The position numbers and the translations under genes were made by a program. DNA of 64,000 nucleotides, taken from NCBI RefSeq assembly GCF_036321535.1, contig NC_087436.1, positions 23,004,001 through 23,068,000 of the forward strand, given 5' to 3'. The DNA is from Camelus dromedarius. Lineage: Eukaryota. Below are positions 25,954 to 37,472 of this stretch, in pieces. The notes beneath the pieces were generated by a model. The model had not been told where the DNA came from. It worked only from the letters and a program-made list of their open reading frames with translations, and searched no databases. Within the stretch, counting starts at the first letter, position 1. Every line of letters starts with the position of its first letter.

Positions 25954-27094
25954 GGATGGAAGGAAATTTTACAGTACCAAAGAAACTATGCTGTGGACTT
26001 AAAAAAAATCGTTCACTTTGTACATTAGTCAAAACTAAATACAATTTAAGTTCAAAGTTTGCTAATGGTGCTTTCCAGTGATTTTTCTTTGATCACTTGG
26101 TATAAACTGCCCAAAATTAGCTATCACTTAATCTCGGGGATTAAAGGAAGGAAACATGAAAGGAAATGGCAGCGTTGGCACATGATGTCTGATGTGTTAC
26201 TTTCTGTTGTGTTTTCAACAGAGAGAATGCTGCCTTAGGAAAGAAGTCTTGAACTGTAATAACCTTGTTAAATATGGCATTCTGACTTCAAATGTCATGA
26301 TCCCCAGTCATATTAATCAACTAGACACCCGGGACGAATGCCAGCCAGCTCTGCTGCCCCAGCCAAACAGTATAATTAGACCAGGGTCAAGTTTTAAGTG
26401 CAGAGCCTCCATCTACCAGAACCCAGGGGAGTGAGACACACTGTAAGGGAGAGGGTTCAGCAATTCCCTCAGAACTTGCATTCCCAAAGGATTGATTTCT
26501 TCCAGTCACTAATAAAGAAATTGAGTTTAGTAGCAAAAGGATCTGATGCAGCTTCTTTATTCTTTAAGTTTTGTTGGTTTGTCTTTCATGCTGCTTAGAC
26601 CCAGTACTATGGACAACTGGGTGAAATTAGTGGCCATTTATTATAATACGTTGAAAAGTGCTCTACTGTTTACAAATCTCTTTTATATATAATGTGTAAT
26701 ATGCATCTCAGAACAGCCTATAATATAGATAGGGAAGGTACCATTAACACCCCTTTACTTAACTAAAAGAGTACCTTAACTCTGGATCTCAGAGCCCAGA
26801 TCACAGCTAGGGTTTCTGACTTCCAAGGCACTGGTATCACTGCTATGTATTTGACACCTTCACCCAACCCTCACCCTGTCCCCTGAGGGCGCTGTGCAGT
26901 ACACTCAACTCTCTGGGCTCTGGTTTTGGCTTAAAAGCCTGCCTCAAAAGCCGCCATCTCACTCTAAGTCAAATGTTTAAGAACCCCAAGGAAGCCAAAT
27001 CAAATCTAGCCCGGCTTTAGGGAATTTGCTTTCTCCACAATGATTCCACAAGCTTGTTATCATGGGCCTGAAAACAGACCAGCCTTTTTTACAG

Positions 27095-27118
27095 AAGGGC
27101 AGCGTTCGCGCCAGTGAG
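27095..27118 (+). other. Candidate 24-nt in-frame cassette microexon in RNF150 intron 4 (unverified)
   Basis: ccttttttacAG|aagggcagcgttcgcgccagtgag|GTAAGC. Length is divisible by 3 and there is no stop in the phase-2 frame. Confidence 0.35.
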
Positions 27119-27727
27119 GTAAGCAGCAGTTGACTTTATTGCATTCATTTCCACCCCCTCCATCAGGTAAAACTGCTAACATAGCATGTTAGCTTACCAA
27201 ACAAAGTCATTGTGTTTGTAACGACAGCCCTAATACGGCTACTCCTGGTTTTGTGGGACAGCTCTTCTTACCCTTTCCTTTTCTTCTTTTTTTCCAACAA
27301 TGTTTATGTAACATAAAGAGGGGGAATCAGGGAAATACAGTTTCTCACAATTGGTCCAAACATTTCAGACCAAGCCCAGTGGCAGATTTACCCTCACAGA
27401 AGGCACCGGGCTCATTGGGTACAGTTTATGGTAGGGAGAGGCTGGTGTCGGCTGGTGTCCGCATAGCTGGTCCCCACTGCAGGGACTTCCTGTAGATGAG
27501 ACACAGGAAGATGAGACAACATGGAAGGGACTAAGCACATGACCACAAGATGAAGGAAAGTCTGGCTCTGGTCCCTGATTGTTTTCCTCACTGTACCTAC
27601 CTCCTTCTGCTCAGCCCATCTAGATGATTTCAAAACACTGATTTGGACCCATCTTTTCCAAATATATTTCCTGTTCCTACTTTTGAAATAGTCTAGCTTT
27701 CACTCCAACTGAGTTCTTCATACATAC

Positions 27728-28208
27728 AATGGACTGAAAAAAATACACACCAAAAAATTGAGAACTATGTTTTATTTGGCGGACTTTCTGATAACTTCAA
27801 GCCTGAGAGACAGCCTCTCAGATCACTCTGAAGAACTGCTCTGAAGAGAAAGGGGAGGAGCCAGGATATATACAAGTTTTTACAACAAAGACCAGGTAGT
27901 CGGAACATCAAAAGATTACTATTAATTAAAGAAAACCAGATATCTCAAGTTAAGGAATTAAGTGTTTTTCTTTGGGAAAATGCAGAAGTCTGGGCTCATT
28001 GAAATTATTCCTTTGATGTGCCCCTTAGCTACCTAAGGCCAGTATCCTGTGCTTCCTGTCCTGAGTCTCTTCAGGGGGCATGGTGGGGGGGGGGTGGCTG
28101 CAATGGCTGACGGCTTGATGGTAGCACCCTCAGGGATGGCTGCAATGTGATGGCTGGGTGGCTGCAAAATCCTTTGTTTGCTGATACCGCAGGCAATGCC
28201 TTTTCTCA
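27728..28208 (-). mobile_element. ERV1-class LTR related to 24483-24905 (tentatively MER41-like)
   Basis: Shares gttttatttgg and the exact 17-mer gagacagcctctcagat (24561-24577 vs 27807-27823). Ends ...ttttctCA. The left boundary and TSD are unclear. Confidence 0.75.
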
Positions 28209-28471
28209 TGGGAATTCTCTTCTCCTTGGATTTCTTTCCTCCAGTCTCCACACTTCAGAGTTCTTCCCATCTTATAGCTTCCTAATTTCCTCAGGAAGTA
28301 GCTGTTCCCTTCCTTGAATTCTGTGGCACTTTTGCTTGTATCTGTTTATGGCCTGTCACTTTACACATTGTACTGACATCACTTAAAGTAGTTGGTGTCA
28401 CTACTATTTACCAAACACTAAGCACTTTACAAATAAGTATTTAATCCCTATAGCAACCTCATAAGGTATTT

Positions 28472-28843
28472 ACTAGTCAGAACAGGCTAGGCTTTGCTGC
28501 AGCAGCAACAATAACAACAATTTAAAAAAAAAAAAAAAACCTCCCAACTCTCAGTGATTTAATACAACAAAGATACCTTAGTTACGTTTTGTGTCCATTT
28601 GTGTCTCGACAAAGAATCAGCTCATGATAGGCTGTCAGAGCAGTCTCCATCTTGCACACTGTTTATTGACAGGTCAGTAATCACATGTCATAGCCTGAGG
28701 TGAAATCTGTTATTTCTCTTTATAACTTATTGGCGAGAAGTAGTCACGTGGCCATAGCTGCCACCAGGAGAGCCCGTCATCTTCCCACATGCCTGAAAGC
28801 CGGCAAGCCCTCATAAGGGATGAGCAGTGTTAATGCGTGCCTC
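28472..28843. mobile_element. Old MaLR (MLT1-type) LTR inserted in a MIR
   Basis: tagtcagaacaggctaggctttgctgcag...ctcagtgatttaatacaacaaag...attggcgagaagtagtcacgtggcc. MIR halves lie at about 28400-28470 and 28845-28970. Confidence 0.6.
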
Positions 28844-30819
28844 AGATAGGTACTATTATTATCCTCAGTGTATAAGGCTCGGAGGGGTTTAGGTGTTACT
28901 CCAGAAAGTCAGCCATGATTAAAAATGAAACCTACTTGACCCCAGGCTCGAAGTTTTAAGCTCTACACAGTATGGACTGTGTATCTTCCTATCAGCTTAT
29001 CAATTCTGTATTTAAAACACCTCACCAGCAGGAGGCGAACCTGATGCATCTTTGTACCCCCAATGCCTAGCACAAGGTTTTACATAGAGTACTGCTACCT
29101 ACATGTCATACGTTAATTTGTCATTCCGTCTGTGTTGACTTTCCTACTTTTTCTCAGAACTCAGCATTCCTAGTAGTGAGTTCCGGTATCAGTTTCAGAC
29201 TCTCTTTAACAGTTTGCAAAAATACTCTTTTTTTCAGAATTCCTCACGTATAACTAAGAAATCTACCTTCTATACTACACTGAACGAACGTGCCCTTTGT
29301 CAGCAAGGCTCTTTTCTCCGTAAGAAGGATGGAGATTAAGCCTACTGGTTTACATAATACAACACAGTAGAAAATATAGAGAAATTTCATGATACACTGA
29401 GTACTTAAGATTGCTGGTTCCTGGACCACAGGCATGGCATTTGGGCCAAAGATAATGCACAGAAAAAGCCAGTGATTTCCGTGTTTTTCAAAGCTATGGC
29501 AGTCAAGATTCCAGTGAAGTTCTCATTGAATTCACGTGATTTCAGGAGCAGGGATGGAGTGGAATCTTAAGAAAATCAATAAGAACACTTTAGATTTCTC
29601 TTCTCTGGGTAGGAATGGAATCCATTTCTCCTCTACACTAGCCGTTACATAGTCTGGGCTCCGTGGACATTCTGTAGGTACCATCACCAGTGCTGTTTTG
29701 GTCATTCTAACAGAGTAATGCCTGTACCCAGATCCATAAACTGATGAAATCTGCATAGAAGGATGGGCCCCGTGTGATGTCTACCTGGCAGTCTGAGCAG
29801 AGCGTGGACTCATCAACCACATACTGTCCTCTTTAGGCCCCCAGGAGAAGACAGAATTCTTTCATGTTTTAGAGTCCATACAAATTAAGGAAGGTGCTTC
29901 CAGGGTAAGCTCTACCATGGGAAACTCACTTGCAAGGAATAGGAGCTAAATTACTGTGATTTAAATAATGATTTGGGGTGATGGACATTTCAGAATTCAT
30001 CTTTTTGAGCAAATAATATTGAGAGCCTATCCTATGCGTTACTCTACTAGGTTTTGGAGAGAGAAACATTTCATCTCTGCTCTCCAAGATGTCATAACCT
30101 CACTCAGTATATAGAATAGTAAACCAGAGTGAATAGCAAGGCCATAGGGCTTGGTGTTAGGAATACACAACTCTATAGAGTAACGCTCACTGTTTATAAC
30201 TGACGTCTACTGAGACTGGTCAGTGCTGGGCCGTACCAGTTGTTAAAATACTGTTAATTTTACCCATATATAAACAAGTGATTCAAAAACAAAAACCCAA
30301 ACACCACAACATTTTTGATTTTTATTGGCCAGGTAATTTTTTTTAATCCTTTTTTTCTTTTAACAGCTTAAATTTATTCTCACTATGAAGACATCAATCT
30401 GAACGGAAATCTTTTTTTTTTAAACTGGATCAAAAGGTTATGCATTTCAAAATTGATTCACTCTGTCATATTGCCTTCACTAAAGGTTAAATCAATTTGC
30501 ATTCCCACCAAAGGATATAAGACTGTTTACACCATTGCCAACATGAGCTATTATTGAATTTAAAAAATAAATGCCAATTATGAGCAAGAATGATCTTGTT
30601 TCATTTCCATTTTTCTGGTTTTAGTTAGGAAATATTTTTACAAGGGTTTTAACACATTTATCTTAAGTCTTAAAATGAGTTTGGGCAAAAATATTAGCAA
30701 GAAATATATTTTTACCAACAGAATAACTGTCTATTATTATATAAGATCAGCATGCAATCAGTGGTTCTCAGTTCACTGAAATGATATTAGCTAAGCAGTA
30801 ATGAAACTGACTCTTTCTA

Positions 30820-30890
30820 CTTTCTTCCTTCCTTCCTTCCTTCCTTCCTTTCTTCCTTTTCCTTCCTTCCTTCCTCTCTTTCTTTCTTTC
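30820..30890. repeat. (CTTC)n/(CTTT)n microsatellite
   Basis: Directly visible. Confidence 0.9.
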
Positions 30891-30894
30891 ATCA

Positions 30895-33758
30895 TTTTTA
30901 CCTTTTTACTTCCTTCACTCATTTGTCTGCTCCTCACCCCACACCTCTGGCAAACACCAGTCTAGGTTCTCTGTATCTATGAGCTTGTGTTTTTTTGTTT
31001 GCTTTTAGATTCCACATGTAAGAGATCATATGGTATTTGTCTTTCCCTGACTTGTGTCACTTAACATAATGCCCTCAAGGTCTATCTATGTTGTCACAAA
31101 TGGCAAAATTTCATTCTTTTTATAGCTGAATAATATTTCATTGTATATATATATACACCACAATTTTTTAATCCATTTATCCATGGATGAACACTATGGT
31201 TGTTCCCATGTTTGACTGTTGTAAGTAATGCTGCAAAGAACATGTGGGTTCGTGTGTCTTTTCAAGTTAGTGTTTTCATTTTCTTCAGATAAATACTCAG
31301 AAGTAGAATTGCTGGATCATACAGTAGTTCTATTTTTTAATTTTTTTAGGGACCTCCATACTGTTTCTCCATAGTGCCTGTAACAGTTTACATTTCCACC
31401 AACAGTACAGAAGGGTTCCCTTTTCTCTACGTCTGAGACAATATTTGTTATTTGTTGTCTTTTTGTTAATAGCAATTCTGAGAGATGTGAGGTGATATCT
31501 CATTGTGGTTTTGACTTACATTTTACTGATGATTCATAATGTTGAGCATATTTTCTTGTACCTGTTGGCCATCTGTGTGTCTTCTTTGGGAAAATGTCTA
31601 TTGAGATCTTCTGCCCATTCTTTAATCAAATTGTTTGGAGGTTTCTTTTGCTATTGAGTTGTATGAGTTCTTTGTATATTTTTGATATCAGCTCCTTATC
31701 AGATACCTGATTTGCAAATATTTTCTCCCAGTCAGAAGGTTTCCTTTTTATTTTGTTGATGATTTCCTTTGCTGTGGAGAGCTTTTTATTTTGATGTAGT
31801 CCCACTTGTTTATTTTTGCTTTTGTTTCTTTTAACTTTGGTGTCAGATTCAAAAAATCATCTCCAAGACCTATGTCAAGGAAAGCTCCTTGAACACCTAT
31901 ATTTTCTTCTAAGAGTTTTAGGGTTTCAGATCTTACATTCAAGTCTTTAACCCACTTAGAGTTAATTTTTGTATTTGGTTTAAAATAGTGGCCGAGTTTC
32001 ATCCTTTTGCATGTGGCTCTTCAGTTTTCCCAACACCATTTATTGATAAGACTGTACCTTCCCAATGTATGTTCTTGGCTCCTTTGTTGTAAATTAATTG
32101 ACCATATATGAGTAGCTTTATTTCAGGGCTTTCTATTCTATTCCTTTGATCTAGGTGTCTGTTTTTACGCCAGTACCATACTGTTCTAATACTATAGCTG
32201 TGTAACATAGTTTGAAATCAGGGAGTGTGATGCCCTCAGCTTTGTTCTTTCTCAAGATGTTTTGGCTGTTTGGAAGGTTTTCGTGGTTCCATACAAATTT
32301 TAGGATTATTTATTCTATTTCTTTGAAAAATGTCATTGAAATTTTGATAGAGATTGCATTGGATACTGTAGGTTGCTCTGGGTAGTATGGACGTTAGAAC
32401 AATATTGGTTCTTCCAATCTATGGAATATCTTTTCATTTTTTGTGTCTTCTTCAATTTCTTTCAGCAATGTCTTATAGTTTTCAACATACTGTCTTCCAC
32501 CTCCTTGGTTAAATTTATTCCCAGGTATTTTATTCTTTTTGATGTGATTGCTAATGGGATTGTTTTCTTAATTTCTCTGATAGTTTGTTATTCATGTATA
32601 GAAATGAAACAGATTCTTGTGTACTGATTTTGTATCCTGCAACTTTACTGAATTCATGTATTCTAACAGTTTTTGAAGGAATCTTTAGGGTTTGCTATCT
32701 ATAATATCGTATCATCTGCAGGTAATGGCAGTTATACTTCTTCCTTTCCAATTTGGATACCTTTTATTTCTTTTTTGCCTAAGTGCTCTGGTAGTGCTTT
32801 CAATACTACATTGAATAAAAGTGGCTAGAGTAGACATCCTTTCAGCTTTTCACCACTAAATATGATGTAAGTCATGAGTTTGTTATGTTGAGGTACTTTT
32901 CCTCCACACCTGCTTTTTGAGAGTTTTTATCATAAATTAATGTTGAACTTTTTCAAATGCTTTTTTGCATCTATTGAGATGATCATGTGATTTTTATTCT
33001 TCATTTTGTTAACATGGTGTAACTGTGGATGTTGAATCATCCTTGATCCTTGAAATAAATTCCTACTTGATCACGATACGTGATCTCTTTAATGTTGAAT
33101 TTGGTTTGCTAATATTTTGTTAAAGATTTTTGCGTGTATGTTTATCAGGGATATTGGCCTGTAATTTTCTTCTCTTGTGAGGTCTTTCTCTGGTTTTAGT
33201 ATCAGGGTAATGCCTTATAAAATGAGTTTGGAAGAGTTGCCTCCTCTTTTATCTTTTGGGAGGATTTGAGAAAGATTGTTATTAGTTCTTCTTTGAATGT
33301 TTGGTAGAATTTACCAGTGAAGACGTCTAGCCCTGAACTTTTACTTGTTGAAGGTTTTTGACTACTGATTCGATCTCCTTACTAGTAATTAGTCTTCAGA
33401 TTTTCTGTTTCATCATGATTCAGTCTTTGTAGGTTGTATGTCTCTAGAAATTTACCTGTTTCTTCTAGATTGTCCAGTTTGTTGATGTAGAATTGTTTAT
33501 AATAGTCTCATGATCTTTGTAATTCTGTGGTATCAATTGTAACATCTCTTCTTGCATTTCTGATTTAATTTATTTGGGTCCTCTCTTTTTCTTGCTGAGT
33601 CTAGCTAAGGGCTTATAAATTTAGTTTATCCTTTCAAAGAACCAGCTCTTAGTTTCATTGATCTTCTCTATTGGCTTTTTAGCATCTATTTCATTTATTT
33701 CTGCTCTAATCTTCGTTATTTCTTTCCTTCTACTAACTTAGGGATTTATTTATTCCTC
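30895..33758 (-). mobile_element. About 2.9-kb decayed LINE-1 (ORF2 RT/C-terminal region plus part of the 3' UTR)
   Basis: Minus-strand ORF fragments [26 protein letters not shown]...KINKWDYIK and [22 protein letters not shown] are L1 ORF2. Many stops and frameshifts. Confidence 0.93.
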
Positions 33759-34039
33759 TCTGTGTCCTTTGTCCTTTAGTTGTAATAAAAACCCTCTCAA
33801 GGGTTATTGCAAAGAATATTAATCCAAAGAGTTGTCAGTTAAAGGACATTGTCATAAAACACAGAAGGGAAAACTGAGCCACAGGCAATTTAAGTTACTT
33901 GCCAAAGATCACAAAGCTAAGGAGTGGTCTTCAAACCCTGAAATCGGAGCACATACTCAGCTGCTGCAACATATGTGAAAAAACAGAATAGGAGGAAAAG
34001 GAAAAGAAACTGACTCTCCTTGGCAGAGTCTGGAGAAAA

Positions 34040-34330
34040 GGGGTGGGATGTTCAGGGAAAAGCAGGGACATCTGAGCTGTGACTTGAGTTATGAGCAAGA
34101 TTTTCCACATCAAAAAAATTTGTTAAAGTGAGAAGGACATTCTAGAGTTATGGTGAGAGTGCAGGGTAAACATGGGGGTGTAGCAGATGTGCCAAGGGCC
34201 AGATTGGGTGAGCCTTCTTTGTATGCTGTGTTCAGGCATTTTGACTTTGTGCTGTAGGCAGTGGGGAGCAGCTGAAGCATTTCAAATCTGAGGAGTGATA
34301 GCATATATGTCTTTTAGAAAGCCAAGGCAA
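34040..34330 (-). mobile_element. L2 fragment
   Basis: acatctgagctgtgacttgag...ttttgactttgtgctgtaggcagtggggagcagctgaagcatttc...ggagtgatagcat. Confidence 0.55.
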
Positions 34331-34809
34331 GAAAGAGAAACCAGATCAGGCTGGGAAGAGCCTTGGAAAAGAAATGTAGATATTTCTTTCTGTGGTATTT
34401 CATGGTACAAATTTGAAAATTTGTAGAGAGGTAATGGAGCTGCCAACTAAGATTTATTGGGCAGTGGAGACTGGGGGAGGACAGAGCACTTTAAGGCTCA
34501 TGTTATCCCATTCCTAAATAAAGGAAGCAGGCTGATACCTAAGTGTAGGCCTGATGAGGCCAATATTTGACAGTGTTTCTCTTCTGTAGCCAAATGCATG
34601 CACGTAAGGCAGATGGCTTTTCCTCTGGTTTTGCTCAATTCCCAATCCCTGTAACTAAGGTACCTCCCCCTTGAAGGTGGAGCACAGAAATAAGCTAGGA
34701 AAGAATACAAATTTGAATTCTTCCAGTACCCCCGCCTTGCTCATGACAGTTCAGTGTGGGGAGGAAGGGCAATGGAATATAGATTTGGGAACAAACACTG
34801 ACAATAGGT

Positions 34810-34995
34810 TTGTGTTTGAGACCTAGCTCTGCAGCTTACTAGCTCTTTGGATAATTTAATTTACTTTAACCAGCTTCAGCTTCTTTTTCCATAAAATGGG
34901 AATAATAATTTCTACCCCATAAGGCTGTTGTGAATTAATAATGTATGAACATGCCTAGTACATAGTAGGCATTCAATAATCAGTAGATACTGTTT
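34810..34995 (+). mobile_element. MIR
   Basis: cctagctctgcagcttactagct...ataaaatgggaataataatttctaccccataaggctgttgtgaatt...catagtaggcattcaataa. Confidence 0.75.
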
Positions 34996-36754
34996 ATTAA
35001 TAAATGATTATCTATTAATTAAAAGCTCACTCTTACTTCATTGACAGCTTAGCAAATAAGATTTAGTGGCGTAGAAGAAACATTTCAACTACCCATAGAA
35101 GCACTGGCTATATCTCATTTAAACAGTTTGTGTTGCCTGGGAGAATGGGATTCTTGGGTCCCTGGGTGACTCACGTTCTTTGACAACCATTTCACCAAAG
35201 GAATTAAAACAGCTTGCTTTGGTGCCAAAAAGAAAGCCCCAGGATCCTAATGTCCATGGGAGGGTGGCAGGGTCTGACAAAGCCTACAAAAGTAAATGAG
35301 ATAGAAAGCCAGAAGAGCACCTTCTGCCTCCTAGTGGGGAAAATCTGTCATTTAATTGAGGAGAGAGTCACACGTGTGTATGGGTGAAAGGACAACAGAA
35401 AACGAGAATCAATAGGTATGGAAATGATTAGTGGGGTTTGTCATTACTGCCCAAACCATGTAAGAACTTACTTTACTTTTTGTAATCATCTCAGCATCAT
35501 GATGCAGCTGTTGGCATCATCTTTTGTCAAATGTTTGCTTCCCTATGGTGAATCAGGAAGGAGAGAAGAGTTTTGGTCAACCTTCAGTTGTATTTCCAGC
35601 TTGTCAGGATTGTTAAGTGATAGAAAATCTCGTGCTGTTGTTCCTCTGTGTATACTTTCTCATGCAGCCTTTGTTAAAACATGGGAAGGGATAGCGCTCC
35701 ACTGTGAATCATCAAATAGGATGAATTAAGATTGACTTTGTCTTGGAGATGTTTATTGAACTGTCGGCACATTTCACTAACCTCCAGATTCTTTCCCTAT
35801 CCCTTCATATATTTAGTCTAGTGACTTTTATTTTTCTTTCCATTTGGGAAGGAAAAAATTATTTTGCAACCCTAGTTGTAAAGATATAATCTTCGTATTT
35901 GGTCAACAAGAAATACGGTGCTAGAAATAAATGAGTGTTAGTTAATAACCAGCATGATCACCCTATGTATCACCTTGTGTATTATTTCAGCACTTTTTTT
36001 GCCCTTAGGTCTCCTTTTGATTTTTTTTTTCTTAAATTTGCAGTTACTTGCTTTCAGCATTAGAAAGTTTAGAGTAGAAATCAGAGTGATAATGTAATAC
36101 TTAAAGCCAAGATATAGTAATATTAATTAGGTATGTATAAGATTAATGGTAACTTACAATTAAAGACCAGGACTTTTGGTTTAAGCTTTGTGGGCATTAT
36201 TTATTCCCTTCTTATACACACACACACAGACCCAATCATTTATGAACTTCATACCTATAAGTACACATATAAAATTTCACAATTGAGGAACTAAGTCTTA
36301 GAGAGCTAAGGCTTGCTTAAGATCAAACAGCCAGAAAATGATGGATCCAGGAGTGTGACCTTTCAATGGCCTTTCTCATTAAAGTTCCCAGGGAACCACT
36401 AAAGGACTGCAGTACCACCTTGAAGGGAAGAACCTTGTCTTATTCATCTTTGTATCCAGCTCCAGGCAAAGAACAGAATGGAACAAGGGGGTGATGTCAC
36501 TAGAACTTTATTTTAGGAAGATAAATCTGGCAAGGATGAGTGGGATGAAAAGAACAGGAAAAGACTGGTGGCGTGGAAAGCAGTTTCAATGCTATTACAT
36601 CAAGACAGAAAAAGAGCTAATGAGATCATGAATGAGGGAGCAGCATGGAGAAAAGAAAAGAGGCAGTGAATGTGGAAGAGATTTAGGAACAGTGAGTTGA
36701 TGGGACTTGGTGACCATGTGTAGGTGGTGAGGAGTGTCAGGTCCTTTGATAAAT

Positions 36755-37105
36755 ATCCATTCATGTAGCAAATATTCCTGGAGCATCATCTGTGTGCCAA
36801 GATCTATTCTAGTTTCATGCCACTGTGGTTAGAATAGATGCCTGAAATAATTTCTGTCCTCTTAAATTTATTGAGGCTTGTTTTGTGTCCGAGTATGTGG
36901 TATATCCTAGAGAATGTTCCGTGTGCACTTGAAAAGAATGCATATTCTGGTTTTTTTGGATGTAATGTCCTGAAAATATCAATTATCTAACTGCTCTATG
37001 GTGTCATTGATTTTCTGTCCAAGATCTATTCTAGATGCTGGGGATGTAATAGTGGATTAGGCACATGAAGATTTTGCTCTTATAGAGCTTACATTCTCAT
37101 TGGAG
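36755..37105 (-). mobile_element. L2 3' end interrupted by an L1 fragment
   Basis: ccattcatgtagcaaatattcctggagcatc...tgtgccaag|tattctagatgctggggat...atagagcttacattct. Confidence 0.7.
36813..37018 (-). mobile_element. Isolated internal L1 ORF2 endonuclease-region fragment with a 16-bp flanking direct repeat
   Basis: The minus strand translates DIFRTLHPKKPEYAFFSSAHGTFSRIYHILGHKTSLNKFKRTEIISGIYSNHSGMK. ccaagatctattctag occurs at 36797-36812 and 37019-37034. Confidence 0.88.
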
Positions 37106-37107
37106 GA

Positions 37108-37472
37108 TGTAGATGTTCTCCAGAAAGCCACTATATCCCATTATATATTCTCAAGGAATTGGCTTATGTTATTATAGGGGCTGGCAACTCTGAAATCTGT
37201 AAGGCAGGCATACAGACTGGAAATTCTGAGCAGGGGCTAATGGTGCTGTCTTAAGGCAGAATTTCTTCTTCCTCAGGGAAACTTCAGTTTTGTTTTTAAG
37301 GCCTTTCAACTGATTGGGGAAGACCCACCCAGATTATTTAGGATAACCTCCTTTATTTAAAGTCAACTGATTATAGATATTATTCACATCTACAAAATAC
37401 CCTAAATTAGCATTTGATTGAGTAACTGGTATTGTAGCCTAGCCAAGTTGACACGTAAAACTAACCCTCACA
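37108..37472 (-). mobile_element. ERVL MLT2-type solo LTR
   Basis: TG...CA ends and a 5-bp TSD gagga (37103-37107 and 37473-37477). The terminus ccaagttgacacgtaaaactaaccctcaca is the reverse complement of the MLT2 start. Confidence 0.85.

Noticed and set aside
24483..28208. Provirus bounded by two LTRs
   Set aside because: The first LTR has its own TSD, the LTR bodies differ, and the interval contains ancient L1 rather than gag/pol/env.
29837..29904. Pseudo-exon with donor AGG|GTAAGC
   Set aside because: Both candidate acceptors give frameshifting lengths (68 or 32 nt), and nothing distinguishes it from background pseudo-exons.
31748..32208. Functional reverse-transcriptase gene
   Set aside because: Fragmented L1 ORF2 with frameshifts and stops.
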